64,000 nucleotides of DNA, from the NCBI GenBank assembly GCA_037447605.1, contig CM074805.1, forward strand, positions 4,001,361 through 4,065,360. Reading direction: 5' to 3'. Of this stretch, positions 39,051 through 50,926 are shown piece by piece (within the stretch, counting starts at the first letter, position 1; each line of letters starts with the position of its first letter). The notes under the pieces were generated by a model. The model saw only the letters and a list, made by a program, of their open reading frames with translations. It made no database searches and was not told the DNA's origin. The position numbers and the translations under genes were made by a program. This DNA comes from Zygnema circumcarinatum SAG 698-1b (lineage: Eukaryota > Plantae > Zygnematophyceae).

Positions 39051-42000
39051 CTACAATATATGCACAGTTGTTGTGTAATTCTCACACAGAATGGCATGTA
39101 CGGCGCATCTGACGCCGCCGGATTTGCAAGGTGCCCTCCTGATCCTGAAACCGCACTCGGCGGATCGGACGGCGGAGGAGCGGCCGACGGGAAGCTGCCC
39201 CGCGTGGATCCTCGACCGTCCGATTCGCTTGCACAAGCAGAACTCGGGGGGAGGTGTTTTCTCTCGGGAACACCCAGCCGTTGGATTCTTTAATCGACCG
39301 CTACGATTGAAGCACAGTGGGCGGAAAACTCGCCCCGGTCGACACCTCCCCAAGGGCGAGCCGCGTACTGTACCCAGATCCAGCCACGCAGGTATCGCCG
39401 CACCCACTGGCCCTTGTAGCACAAGATAAGTGGGGTTAAACAAAGACTGCTGAGCTAGCTGCAGGTGCTGTACGGCCACACGCGCGTCCGTGCTGAAACT
39501 AATGAAGGGTTGGGTTGGTTCTGTGGGTCTGCCTGCAGCATAGAGCCAGGATCCGGGGGATTCAGAGGTACGCGCAGCGGAAGACGTAGGGATCCTGAAG
39601 ATGTTCCCACCGGCGGCTGGACTCGATGCGCAAAGAGCCCTTCCTTGGGGGCTCTCTTCCCCTGTCCTCTCCTCGGCTAGTCTCTTAGCTAGGCTTCTAG
39701 TTATCATCGGTCATTGGGATAAGCGTAGGGCAGATTAGGACAAGATGGCAGCTTTGCATAGTGACAGCAAAGGGAAAAACAGTGCTCAACTTAGATAAAG
39801 GTTGCATTTTGGAAACTCACCCCAGCCAGCGGTTGGCTGGGGAATGTCATTACAATGAAATCGTCTTCTCACTGAAATCTTTGTCTAGCTGGGCTGAATG
39901 GGACGTCTGAATGCTATCAGCAAGAAGAGCCTTTCTCACTCTCTCTCTCTCTCTATCTATGGCATGGAACTCTCACTCTCTCTCTCTCTCTTACTTAGCA
40001 TCTGTTGCTGTAACTGAAGAGGAAGGAAAAAGAAGAAAGAAGAACAAGAAGACAAACCACACAGCAAATACAAATACTAAGCCCAGCACTAAAAGACAAA
40101 ACAGCATCACTGACATCCCATCTACTTAACACTGACAATAGATCTTGAGTCTTAGCAGTGACAGTCTCTGATTGGCCAACTGCCCACNNNNNNNNNNGGT
40201 GAGTCTTGCCGATGTCGAGTGAATGTCTCGCGAAAACTAGGTGATTTCGGCGCAGCACTTGGCGTAGTTGGGAATGCTTGATCGGGTCTGAGAGGACCGC
40301 AGGTCCCAATCGCATCTGCCCCTCTATTTCCAGCCACTCCTCATCACCGATGGTCTCATGTGGGGGAAAGCTGGGTGCAGGTATCACTGGCGTCAAGAGT
40401 TCCTCCGTCGGCATACCGAGAGCTGGACTCTGAGAAGGAGTGGGAGTCTCGTCATCAGTATCAGAATTGGCCGATTCATGAGGAGGAGGGGGGCTGCCGA
40501 CTGAATGGTACATAGTGATCTCCGGGTAGGAGACCTGCGCCGTGGCGTGGCGCTTGGGGTAGGCGGAGGTGGTAAGGGACTCGAGGATGATGGGGAAGGA
40601 GCAGTCCGTCCCGCCAGCAGATAAGTGCAGTTGACAGGTAGAAAAGTCGATTTGTGCTCCCATCGCAATGAGCCAATCTGAGCCCAGCAGAATAGAATAG
40701 TGTTCAGCGGCTGTGATGATTGCATTCACTGTGGCTCCCATCTCGCCAAGACTGATGACCACTTGGGCGCTTCCCAATCCTTCATGTAAGCTCCCTTCAA
40801 CTCCCACATATCGGGGGATGGGCTCAAGTGTCTTGTCCAACTTAACCCCTGCCGCCTTCATCACAGGCTTGGACAGAACTGTGCGCATAGCCCCCGTGTC
40901 GATCATGGCTTTGCTGGGATGACCGTTGAGCCATACATTGACAATGATCCGCACGTTGGGCGTTGGGATGAGAGGGAGGATCTGAATCTGGCGAGGAGGA
41001 TGGCGAGGGGAGCGGACTGGGTCCGGCGGAGGCGCCGTAGCCATGTGGTGGATATCGGCCGGCGAGGGGACGTCCGGAGGAGATGTCATAGGAGCTGTGG
41101 GAGGCCGCAGGGTGGCCTCTGCACTGTCGGCCAGCTTTCGAACTACGGCGGCAGCACCTGGTACAAGCTGCATCAACTGTGACAAGGTAATGCCGATCTT
41201 AGCCTTGTCTCCCATGAGTTGATGGACCATGCGCTCAATCAAGGAGAGGCCGTCTGCCCGGGGGAGCTGTCCACGATCGGTGCTTGGGGCAGAAACCGGG
41301 CTGCTGTGGGCCGGTGCTGGAGGCTCGACGTGCATCCCTCGGGTCGCTGCCGCGGCCTTGTTGCGCGCTGGCGGTCCTTCATCGAGATTCAATGTCCTCC
41401 TCAGGTGGGATCCCAAGGGAGGACCCGTGAGAGGAGAGAGATGATTGAAGTTCTTCTGACAGGTGGCTGACCGACGGAGCTGTGCCTCAGGAACTGGCGT
41501 TGGTGACACTTGGCAGGGGAGGATGAGACATGAGAATGAGCCGGCTTTGAGAGGCAGCCTGCGAGGCAGCCGCAATCTCCGTGATCCCAGCCTCAGCCTC
41601 AGCTTCAGAGTGCTGGGTGATTCTGGAGAAGCCTGACCAAATGCCGCGGGAACCTGGGCAGCCGTGATCGAGAGCAGGATCGTGCTCAGGCATCTGAAGG
41701 AGCCTTCGACAGGAAAGCTGGCAGTTGATGGGGTGGTAGATGGATAGGTGGTTGCGAGTACGGTGTAAGCGGCGAGGAGGTGGCCTGCTCAGGGAGCCGG
41801 TGTTCTTGAGGGTGGGGGAGAAGCCGGGAGCATATCCATGAAAGTGATCTCGGCAGGTGAGTTCCCTGCTGCCGCCTCTTTCCCCTTTCGGGCCTTCTCA
41901 CTCGAGAGTCTCCGCATGCACACACGGGCATCATGTCCCGTGATCTGACAGAAGGTGCAGGTCCATGGTCCGCAACGCAGCCGCGGATTGTGAGTTAGGC

Positions 42001-42190
42001 CACAAGCCAGACATACGCCCTCCGGAACCCCTGCCTCTGTCATCCGCCGGCGCAGATCGGCCCTGGCAGCTTCTCGCTCTTCGGGTGTGCGATCGGAATA
42101 AGGAGCCCGATATCCTGGACGCGAGACATCTGGTATGTGAGGATTCACAGCTGGCTCGATGGGATGCGCCGGAACATGAGGGTATGGGGA
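39051..42190 (-). mobile_element. Ty3/gypsy-type LTR retrotransposon fragments: gag zinc knuckles, aspartic protease, start of RT; broken by N gaps at 40188-40197 and 42191-42200
   Basis: CTFCQITGHDARVC (CX2CX4HX4C); VWLNGHPSKAMIDTGAMRTVLS and ILLGSDWL (retropepsin); QLRQVLRRNHLVFARHSLDIGKTH (pre-RT). 39707-39051 looks like a decayed gag N-terminus (MITRSLAKR). LTR ends were not resolved. Confidence 0.8.
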
Positions 42191-42200
42191 NNNNNNNNNN

Positions 42201-42410
42201 GCGGCGGAAGTCCACCAACACGGTCACCAACAACTGCAGCACGCCGAAGTAGCGTAGAAGCGAGGCAACGCTGAAGGGCGACGGAAATACGTTGTCGATA
42301 AAAGGTAGCCAAGATCGCCGGAGGAGGGCTTCCGGGGCCGTGCATCTCGAAAGAGCGATGGGCGCACTGGCGAAGGAAGGTATCCAAACGGGTGTCCTTG
42401 TACACGGACT
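42201..42410 (-). mobile_element. 3' end of a CRE/SLACS-like non-LTR retrotransposon ORF (restriction-like endonuclease tail), fragment
   Basis: ATFYRQRISVALQRCLASTL resembles the terminal QRISxAxQR motif of REL-endonuclease retroelements (recall). Fragment is short. Confidence 0.5.
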
Positions 42411-42516
42411 AGATCAGTACAAAGTGATCTAAAAAAGGTCATGCTGCACGTTTGCAAACCGCTAGCATGGCATTAACTTCTCTTTCGTCAAAATATTTAC
42501 CGACAAACAACAATTA

Positions 42517-43001
42517 CAGTCTAATCACGTTATAGTGACACTGTTTATAAGAACAGCATGGATATACTGACTTTTTTTCCGGGAACGGAATTGCACCACT
42601 GCAGATCCTGCGCCAGTAGTGACGCCATTACGGATATAATGACGTTGAAAAACCCTGATTGTTACTATATATTCAAAATGTCGATATTATCCACCCACGT
42701 ATTGGAATATGCGTTACAAATATATTACGACCGTACATATTATCGACGAATATCGTCAGATATCGACTTGACCGTACATATCAACTTGTCCGTACACATG
42801 CTCACTAGGATTCGTACACACCTACCCACGTGACGACTGCCCAAAAAGTACAATGTACGGTATCAACGTAATACGGATATACCGCAAAAAACATATGTAA
42901 TAACATTGTTACTATAAATGTGAAATGACAAACGGGTCATTACCGATATAGTGACACAAATGTGTGGGGACCGACACAGTCACTATAACGTGATTAGACT
43001 G
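42517..43001. mobile_element. 485-bp Tc1/mariner-type MITE
   Basis: Perfect 23-bp TIR CAGTCTAATCACGTTATAGTGAC / GTCACTATAACGTGATTAGACTG; TA on both flanks; AT-rich interior with no convincing ORF. Confidence 0.88.
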
Positions 43002-43011
43002 TAGCCTATTA

Positions 43012-43211
43012 GGGGGAGTCAGACCTTGACCATCGCCAAATCAATTTCGTAAGCCTGTCGGGCGAATAAAGCATTGGCTAGGTACGCATTTCAGTACGGC
43101 TGGGCTCGGCGGAGCCGCGGATCCTGACCCGGAATTCGTACACGAAAGAAGTAACTTTTATTCGAAGCAATTCGGGAATTTCGTAAGCGATGGTCAAGGT
43201 CTGACTCCCCC
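43012..43211. mobile_element. 200-bp MITE with a perfect 25-bp TIR
   Basis: GGGGGAGTCAGACCTTGACCATCGC (43012-43036) and its reverse complement (43187-43211); TATTA on both flanks. Confidence 0.88.
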
Positions 43212-43541
43212 TATTAGCTGTAGGAAATTGTAAGAATATGATGTATGCCATAGGTCGCTGCCATGTTCGATCACCATTGGATGCACATGCTAACTTTCTA
43301 CACGTTGCCCGAACGGAATTACCGAGTGTTGACCTACGACTGTGGCCATTTCCACAAGATGACCGCCAAGCGAGCAACACCAGGGCTACTGGTCAGTTTA
43401 GTTACCATACATCATGGCAAGTTTCAAGTTAGTTAACTAAAGTAGTTAGCAGTTTGTACTTGAGAGTGGACTTCATTCGTGACCGGGAGTCACAAGCTCA
43501 CACGGAATTGGCCTTTCACCTTCGCAGTTGCTTCTAGGGAA

Positions 43542-43795
43542 TGCTTCAAGCGTTCTTGAGCCTAGGCGTAGCTTTCCGCTCCCTAGCTTTTTTCTTTTGC
43601 CCTTGGGTCCTTTGCGCCCAGTTCCTCGTGGTTCCCCACGATGTTTTTGTCCATATACATTTGATGGCATCATCGCCATCGTGAGATTTATGCCACATCC
43701 TTTTTCCACGGAATTTCTTGCATATACAAAAAGGGGAAAGATGTGGCATTGACCTCACGATGGCCATGCCATCAAATGTACATGGACAAAATCAT
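43542..43795 (+). repeat. Dispersed repeat family copy 2, ending in a fold-back with arms of about 60 bp (43641-43795)
   Basis: Left arm TTTTGTCCATATACATTTGATGGCAT...GCCATCGTGAG...ATGCCACATC pairs with right arm GATGTGGCAT...CTCACGATGGC...ATGCCATCAAATGTACATGGACAAAA. Confidence 0.8.
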
Positions 43796-44281
43796 GAACT
43801 GCAAGGGGTTTCAGATTGAACTCTCCCGTCATAAAAAAATTCAAGTTTGTTCGCTACGGGTTCTTGCGGATTAATACAGTCCAGAGTCAGAATCGGTAGA
43901 GTGCATATTCTGATTTCATATTGTGAGTCTGAAACCCCCCAGGGTTCCATTACGCCGCGCAGGCTGTCTCGGAGGTACGTCTGCTTTCGCGAAAGGCCTT
44001 TCACGGCTGCCCCTCTCAGTAGAATGGCGTCTACTTCATGCTTGAACAGAGTCATGCATTCTTCAGTCTGCACATTTCAGCAGTTCTTTCCTTGTCAACG
44101 GGACTATCATGCTGATGGACGCTTGAGAAAGTTACCTAGAGTTAGAGTAGAGGTAGAAAACGAAGAGAGTCACAGACTTCATATCCGGTGCGCTCAGGAA
44201 GAAAATGGAAGAAAGGGGAGACTAGAGGGGGCAACAAGCGGGAGAAGGGAGTGTCTTCTTGCCACTGGACTTTCAGCGTCC

Positions 44282-47200
44282 ATGGCGGCGTACAGTATAG
44301 TGCTTCCTGCTTCAGGAGAAGAAGAGGTCGTTTCTGCGCAGTGGTGAGTTGGTCTATTATGCGGTGCTTCAAGCACTCCTGAATTCCCCTTCTGTTCATT
44401 CATCGAACAGATGCAATGCGAACTTTACTGTTCAATGTGGTACACACACGCACACACACACACACACACACATGTTTTGGTTTTCGCCACGTTCTCTGCC
44501 CGACATTTTTCTCATTTTCGTGACACTCACAGTGCTGCCATCTTCAAACAGCATGCACCTCCGAGATTCTAATCATTGCCTAAAGTAGCCGTTACATTAT
44601 AGTGTTAGCATTGTTGGATGAACTAATCCGCATTTTGTTAGTTTTTTTAGGGTGGCGACCCTTGAATAATGCGCTGCTTGAATATGCTTATCTCAAAGTG
44701 CACGGCTGAATATATTTGCATCCAGTGAGTGAGAACGGCACGTCATAAACCCTACCTGTTGTAGGTTTATGGCTTTTTGGATTTTCCTGGATAGAAGGTA
44801 CTTAGTCTGGTCGACGATTTTTTTTTTTTGCATCTCCTCCTTATTATCCTGAAGCACTTATGTAGAGCTAGTAGTCATCTTATGCGTCTTCAATGTTCAC
44901 TAGCAGGTGATACTAGTATCACTGGCTACGTTTGGAACTTGACGACGAATCGTAGCACACAAAGGAAAAGAAGACTTCGCCTTTCTTTGCCGATTGTTTT
45001 GACTAGCTTGAGGTTTCTCATCGTGTTATGGTTTTGTGTTCACAATGTTCCTTTAAACTAAACCATCAAGCATTAAATCAAGCTATTGGTGAAATAAAAG
45101 CATGCATGGTAGTCGGCCCGAATTTCATGTTGATGCCCATTGAATTCCTCAAATATTGTTTATAATCTAATTCTGGACGATCGTTGAGTTGATCCTTATG
45201 CTTGCTAAGGTCAAGGATCCCAATCAGCCCTGAGCATTCTGCAGATTTTCAAGCAGGCAAAGCTTCTTTTGTCGAATATGTGGCAAGCATATACGAAGGA
45301 TTTAGACTTGAAGCGTGATTGTTCACCTCGTGTCTGCAGCTTTCCTATTGGACGTGAACCTGTGGACTTAGCAGAATCCGAACTGTTAGCTTCAAATGTC
45401 CCAGTTCTCCCTCCAGAAGTCTGCAGTTGGGAGCGATTCCGAGGTGATGGATTTGCACTGAGAGTCCCGCCAGGGTTTGAGGATATCATGCCAGAACCTG
45501 AGGTAAGCACTTTCTTGGAGTTGTCGTTTTAGAGCTTTCCTGGACGGAAAAAGGCGCAGTTTTCTGCTATTGACAACCTAATTTAGGTTCTGAGTCAAGG
45601 TTGTCATGCTCGTCCCATTGCAATATGTTTGTTCCATCTGGAAATCTAGTTTGGAAGGAGCATATTGTAGTTATGCAGGAAGCGGAAACCACACACCACT
45701 GCTATCCCACACCTATTGCAGAAGTTGTTGTCTTGAATCTTGTGTACCAACTCCATTCTTTAGTCTTGAGAGTTGTTTTACTTTTTGCATTTGCAGCCTG
45801 ACGACCAACCAAAGTCCACTCTATCAGATGGCCGGTCGAAGAGTCCATTTGTGGCGCGATTTGCTTCGCCTGGCAGGTTGGCAGGAATGGATGCTATTGG
45901 CCTTTCATTGGGTGAAGTTTTTTTGAAACTTTTGAAAGCTGGATGCTTTGCGGAAGAGAAGAGGAAGGAAATGTTGTCCTGATGAGAGTTGAAATTCTTT
46001 TTCTTCTGTTCAAATTTTTTTTTTCTTGCAAATGGAAATCCACGTGTAGGATGTGTGCTGGATGCATCTTTGGTTACACTTCCTTTTGAGTGCTTCGATA
46101 TTGTTGTGATAACATGCTACAATGGAAAGTGGGTAAGATTTCCTAGAGTTCAAAGTGAAGTTAAGCACATTAAATGGCGGGTGGCCTGGCAGAGATGCAG
46201 GAAGGAGGTCCTCAGCGTAGTGGTGCGACTAACAACAAGCCTTAAGCTATCCTTCTTTGAGGTGTGAATCCAGTGAGACGCTTCAGATTGGACTCAAATT
46301 ACTCTTTTCATAGCCAGAACTTTACGAGTTTATGGGGAAAGGCCGCATAGAAGCCTCGTAATGAATCGGAGGAATTGTTCTAGACACCACTGGTCCTCGG
46401 CCTCCTTGATCCTCCATGGCTCTGCTGTGTATTTTTTCTTGTGATCTGTTTTCTATTCTGCAAAAAATAGGAGCATGACACGTAAAGGGGCCAAGAGCGA
46501 GTTAAGGATATGTGTTTTGTGTGCTTCATTTATCGCAGGTGAAGGACGTCACAGATCTCGGCTCAATATCAGAGGCTGCCAAATTCTTGGTGCCTCGTAA
46601 GGTTTCTTCCATCTGGGGGCTCTTGTAGCTGCAGCTTTTGCATTTTTCGCCCCCTGATATACAAAATGCTGCAATGTCAATATGTGTGGCCACAATAGTG
46701 CCGTTTACAGTAGTGCCTAGTTTTTTCATCAGATTATGCAAACAGTTACAGTTTGGCTGGGGTGACAATCCTGTCAGAGGAGGAGCCCTTCCCACCCCTT
46801 TCTCCTCCTCTCCTGTAATGAATTGATGACGTCGGAAAGATTGCTTTGGAAACATACCCCCTTGACTAAACATTACCTTCTTATCGTATCTCAGTTGACC
46901 AAGTGGAACTCAAGGCTAGGTCTTGCATCCCTTGATTATCTGCAGCGTCTTGAAGTTGCTGACAAGAAACCATGCTCGTTAACAGCTGGAGCGAGGCTTC
47001 TCGCCACACGGGAATATTCAGCCACTCCGGCGCGAGTGTCCAGGTGAACTCATTCATCTCTTGGCACTGGTAACGGTGCTTCCTGATTCTGAACTTGGCG
47101 CAGAGTTGTCCAAGCGTACAGCCTCCATGATCATGGCTGAAACTTGGCTATTGTCAAGGGCAAAGTGGCTGCTGGTTTTGGCTTGTTGTGTCTCCTTCAA

Positions 47201-47628
47201 GAACGTTCAAAGTGCCTTGAACGGATCGTCAGGCGACGCTTCTGAACTGTCGGTCCACCTTGTCTGCAGGACGTACTACCTATACGAGTTTATTGCACAG
47301 GGAAAGCACGTGGTTATGGGGGCTGCAGTCGCCAAAGGCCAGGTAAGTCTGAGTCTGTGCTTTTGAATGATAGTGCACAAGTGTAACGGAATGCCCTCTA
47401 TTCCAAGACGTTGCGCTTATGAATTGTTTTGTTGTTCCCGGAATATGGCCACTTTGCCTACCTAAAGGATGGGAAAGATTAGCACATGGAGGGGAAGGCC
47501 CTGTACTGAAGCTTCCTGTCATTGTGCTATAGGTGTATGTGGTGGGCGCTGCCACGGATGATGACCAGTGGAGGGTTGCAGCAGGACGGCTGCGGGCGGC
47601 TGTGAAGTCCTTCTCACTTGTCATCTGA
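44282..47628 (+). CDS. PPD5: PsbP domain-containing protein 5 (thylakoid lumen), multi-exon; 5' exons tentative
   Basis: WERFRGDGFALRVPPGFEDIMPEPE, PFVARFASPG, KEVLSVVVRL..LKLSFFE|VKDVTDLGSISEAAKFLVP, RTYYLYEF, VYVVGAATDDDQWR..GRLRAAVKSFSLVI*. A possible twin-Arg signal RKRRLRLSLPIVLTSL lies near 44965-45010. Confidence 0.85.
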
Positions 47629-48322
47629 GCTTCTTTGGAGGTCCCGGTCCAGGGGGATTTGGCACCCATCGTTTGGCTCAAGTTCTAAAGTTTACGAGGC
47701 AAGGATTGGGGAGCCCTCTGATGTGAAGCAAGTTGCAGCTTTTAGATTTTAGACTTTTAGGTTTTCTGTCTATTGGCACACAGTCGTCAGTGGTCGAAAA
47801 TGGCTTGTGGCTCAGCTTTGGTTAAGTAACACTTTTAGCATGAATAGGAGGCACCGTTCTCATGCGGACTTGCAACTTGCTTCACTCCTATTTTATTATT
47901 TTGAGAATATCAAATCCTTCCTCGTTGAAGTGTGATGTCCTCTGGTGTTGAGCTGAAAAAAGTGACAATCGTTCTAAAGTGAAGCGAACAAAGGTAAGCA
48001 AAAAGCAAAGGACACAAGAGCACATTGTTACGGCGCTTTCAAGAGAAGAAAGGATCCTGTGACATAGTTTCCATTAAGACGTATCGCAGCGCTTCAAGGA
48101 GCATTTTAACGATCATGTATCGTATCTCCAATATCGTCATATCGACATCGCGATGTTGCAAGAACAAAATATCGTAAGAAAATACCGTATCGCGATTTGG
48201 ACTAGCCCGACCCCCGCGGTGAGGGAGGGCTTACAAAGATCGGGTGCCCCGTCAGAAATCCGAAATTTGAACATGTAACGGGACTGGTCACATGGAGTCT
48301 TGAACATTCAAATTTTGCAGCC

Positions 48323-48332
48323 TCCAACGGCA
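48323..48332 (+). promoter_or_regulatory. MSA (MYB3R-type, G2/M) element upstream of the NNF1-like gene
   Basis: TCCAACGGCA fits TCYAACGGY, about 70 bp before the ATG at 48400. Confidence 0.5.
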
Positions 48333-48399
48333 GGGAGGGAAGGGCGCGGTTTGCGGCAGGCGGGAGGAGCAGAAGCAGACGCAGAAGCAGGCGCAGGCT

Positions 48400-50926
48400 A
48401 TGGCGGACATGGCGGACATAGCGGACATGGCGGACATGGAAGCGGCTAAGGGACCCCTGGAAAGTAAACTTCATAGCAGTTTCGACAGCATGGTTGAAAA
48501 AGTGGCCAAGGCAGGGGATAACAAGGTAAAGTAGGCAGATCCGGGGCCGGGAGTTGCAGGTGGATTGCTTCTACAGAGTCCTGAGTTCCCTCGTTTCTGG
48601 AGGTTTCTCTTGCTTGTTTTATTTTAGTAAATTTTGGTTTTTCTCACCATTTTAGGACTTGGGTAATGAGTTTAAATCCCTTCTGGTCAATCGGACAGTT
48701 GATTGCCGGTTTTTTGTAGAATCTCAGCATTTCGAAATCACCGCTGACGACTGTATGATTGGGGCTCTTGGAAGCTGGCTGCAGTTTATGACTTGCTTTT
48801 CTGCTCACACGCCGGAGGAGCAGACTGAAGCTTACCGCGTCCTCAATGAGGTGTGTGCTGACTCGAGGGCAGTTCAGAAATGTTCTACGCAAACAAGTCA
48901 GTTTGAACTTGTTGAAAGAGAAAGGCCGTTCGGATGGTGATCAGGCACAGGGAAACGACACTCCCTGTTGGACTGGGAAACACTGTTTATTCGTCTCCCA
49001 TTGCTAGGCAAGCAAATGTCGGTGGAGGCAGCTATTGAAGGCTCTTTATCTTGAAAGGGAGGAGTTGTAAATTCTAGATGCCTTATTTCCCATTCGGATT
49101 CTCATAATAGCTGTATAGATTCCTGCTTGTAGATTCTTTAGCGGTATCAGCGGACATGATTCAGCGCTTTTTTTCAATTGAGAGAATCCATACTACATTG
49201 CATGGGAAGCACTGGTTGAGACAACAGTCCAGGCCTTGTTCCTGGACAAGTACCTGAAGAGTGGGATAAGCTGGGTTTCGTTTGTACAGATGGCACGGAC
49301 ATTCGTTGACGTTGTGAAGGTACGTCGACATGTCCTTAGGATAGCTCACATTTGTTGCTAGGTAGTTGTCAGATCTGTAGCTGCATTTTACCAGACAATG
49401 ACTCAATCTTGGTTGACAATTTCTCAACCAGTTCCTCCCTCACAGGATTGAAATCGCATTGCCTTTGCAGGAGGAGTTTCGGGCACATTGTATTGAAAAG
49501 GAGGTGAGCTTGTGCACATGATGCTCCGTTTCCGGCTTAATCACCTAATGGTGGTGGCCCATTTTGGCAATCTGAAAATGTTTTACGTCTGGAGGCACGA
49601 GGAAGTTGCAAATGGGTTCAAACGTCAGTAGGGATTCCCAAGTATTGCAAACTTGCTTGGCCCTGTTGATCAGGGCTTCTATGGAAGATTTTCCCTTAAT
49701 AATGCGATGCTGTTTCCGTTTTAACAGGTAACGAAGGCTTTGGACAAATTTTCCTGGCTTTGCGAACTTCAGGGAGTGGAATCGAGTAATGGCAAGCTGG
49801 TTGCCTCAAGGTTCCTCCTCGCCTCTCTTTAACCACCGCACCTGCAGGGGACTATTAAGTTTGGCCCGCAAGCTCCACGCAAAATGAAATGTTCGGCATC
49901 TTGCCTCACTGTACTGGTCACCGTCTCCTTTGAGCTCGTTTGCAATGCTCAAGGTCTTAGCATTACATGTAGCTTCTACACTGTGACCGAGGATATTGCT
50001 ACCATTTAGCTTTGCAGTAGTTTCTTTAAGTTATTTGCAACAAATTGCTGATGCATTTCTACAGGTTTCTAAACTTTTCAACACAATCTGTTTTCACGGT
50101 GATTGACATCGCATGCAGGCCTGCCCCTGGTATCGTGCAACCTGAAAAGTTAGCTGCGGAGCAGAGGATAGAAGCAATGAGGGCAGAAGTGGAATATTTG
50201 CGTAAGCTTGTGCTAGAGGTGGGACTTTTCAACAAGTATATGTGCGCATGATTGTCCTTAAGAAACGGAAGTATTGCCATAAGATTCCCTTCGCTTGAAA
50301 GTTGTTATAAGGGAAATGCTGATCTCGGTGATGCTTCGATACGGCGTACTCATGTGAGCAATACATTGAACTGTCTCGTAAGTTGAATACTTGGAAAAGT
50401 TGTAACGTTGCAACAACTTGTACTTGCAGGTGGAGGCAAAGAAGGGTGCTATCCAAGCTCAGTTGGCCCAGAAGAAGGCTGATGCGGAGGAAGTGTTGAG
50501 TATACTTTCCGGTTCGAGTGAGAACGCTGGACAGGTAAGGACGAGAGACTCTCATGGGCTTACGATCTCAACAGCAGCTCTTTAAAAAAGAAGATATATC
50601 AGGCCTTTCATGTGGCTCAGACGTCAGCATACGCATCGCATCATGACTGGCAGTGAATGGCTGACTGATGGTTTAAGAAAAACGTCTGTAACAATAGCTT
50701 CTTTTTATATCGGCCTATATTCTTTGTCCAAACAAATGTATGGGTTTTGGAGAACTTCTGATCGTTCGTGCTATCACAATGCTTATGAGCCTTACTTCTT
50801 TTCTAGTGTGTATTTTGACTTTTTCTGCAGCAATCGGGGTCTCTTTGCTGGGCCTTTCGGAGGCGCATTCAACCACAGCACCAAGAGAATCCCCAATTCC
50901 CGGTCTCACTGCAATCTCCGATATGA
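48400..50926 (+). CDS. NNF1: Kinetochore MIS12-complex subunit NNF1/PMF1-like, multi-exon; last exon tentative
   Basis: Spliced blocks KLHSSFDSMVEKV, FMTCFSAHTPEEQTEAYRVLNE, EEFRAHCIEKE|VTKALDKFSWLCELQ and the coiled coil RIEAMRAEVEYLRKLVLE|VEAKK follow the order of plant Nnf1 blocks from recall. Similarity is low. Confidence 0.62.

Noticed and set aside
39051-39707. 218-aa Cys-containing ORF as an extra (env-like or zinc-finger) retroelement gene
   Set aside because: Plausible peptide shifts between frames, which fits a decayed gag start better; contig order across the N gaps is uncertain.
39811-39842. CCCCAGCCA/TGGCTGGGG hairpin as a Helitron 3' end or LTR boundary
   Set aside because: No CTRR terminus, PBS, PPT or second LTR copy could be identified.
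43792-44073. 93-aa minus-strand ORF (MQTEECMTLFKHEVDAILLRG...)
   Set aside because: Reads somewhat protein-like, but I recognise no family or supporting exons; needs a BLAST search.
48060-48200. TATCG/CGAT-rich stretch resembling transposon subterminal repeats
   Set aside because: No TIR or TSD found; too short to call.
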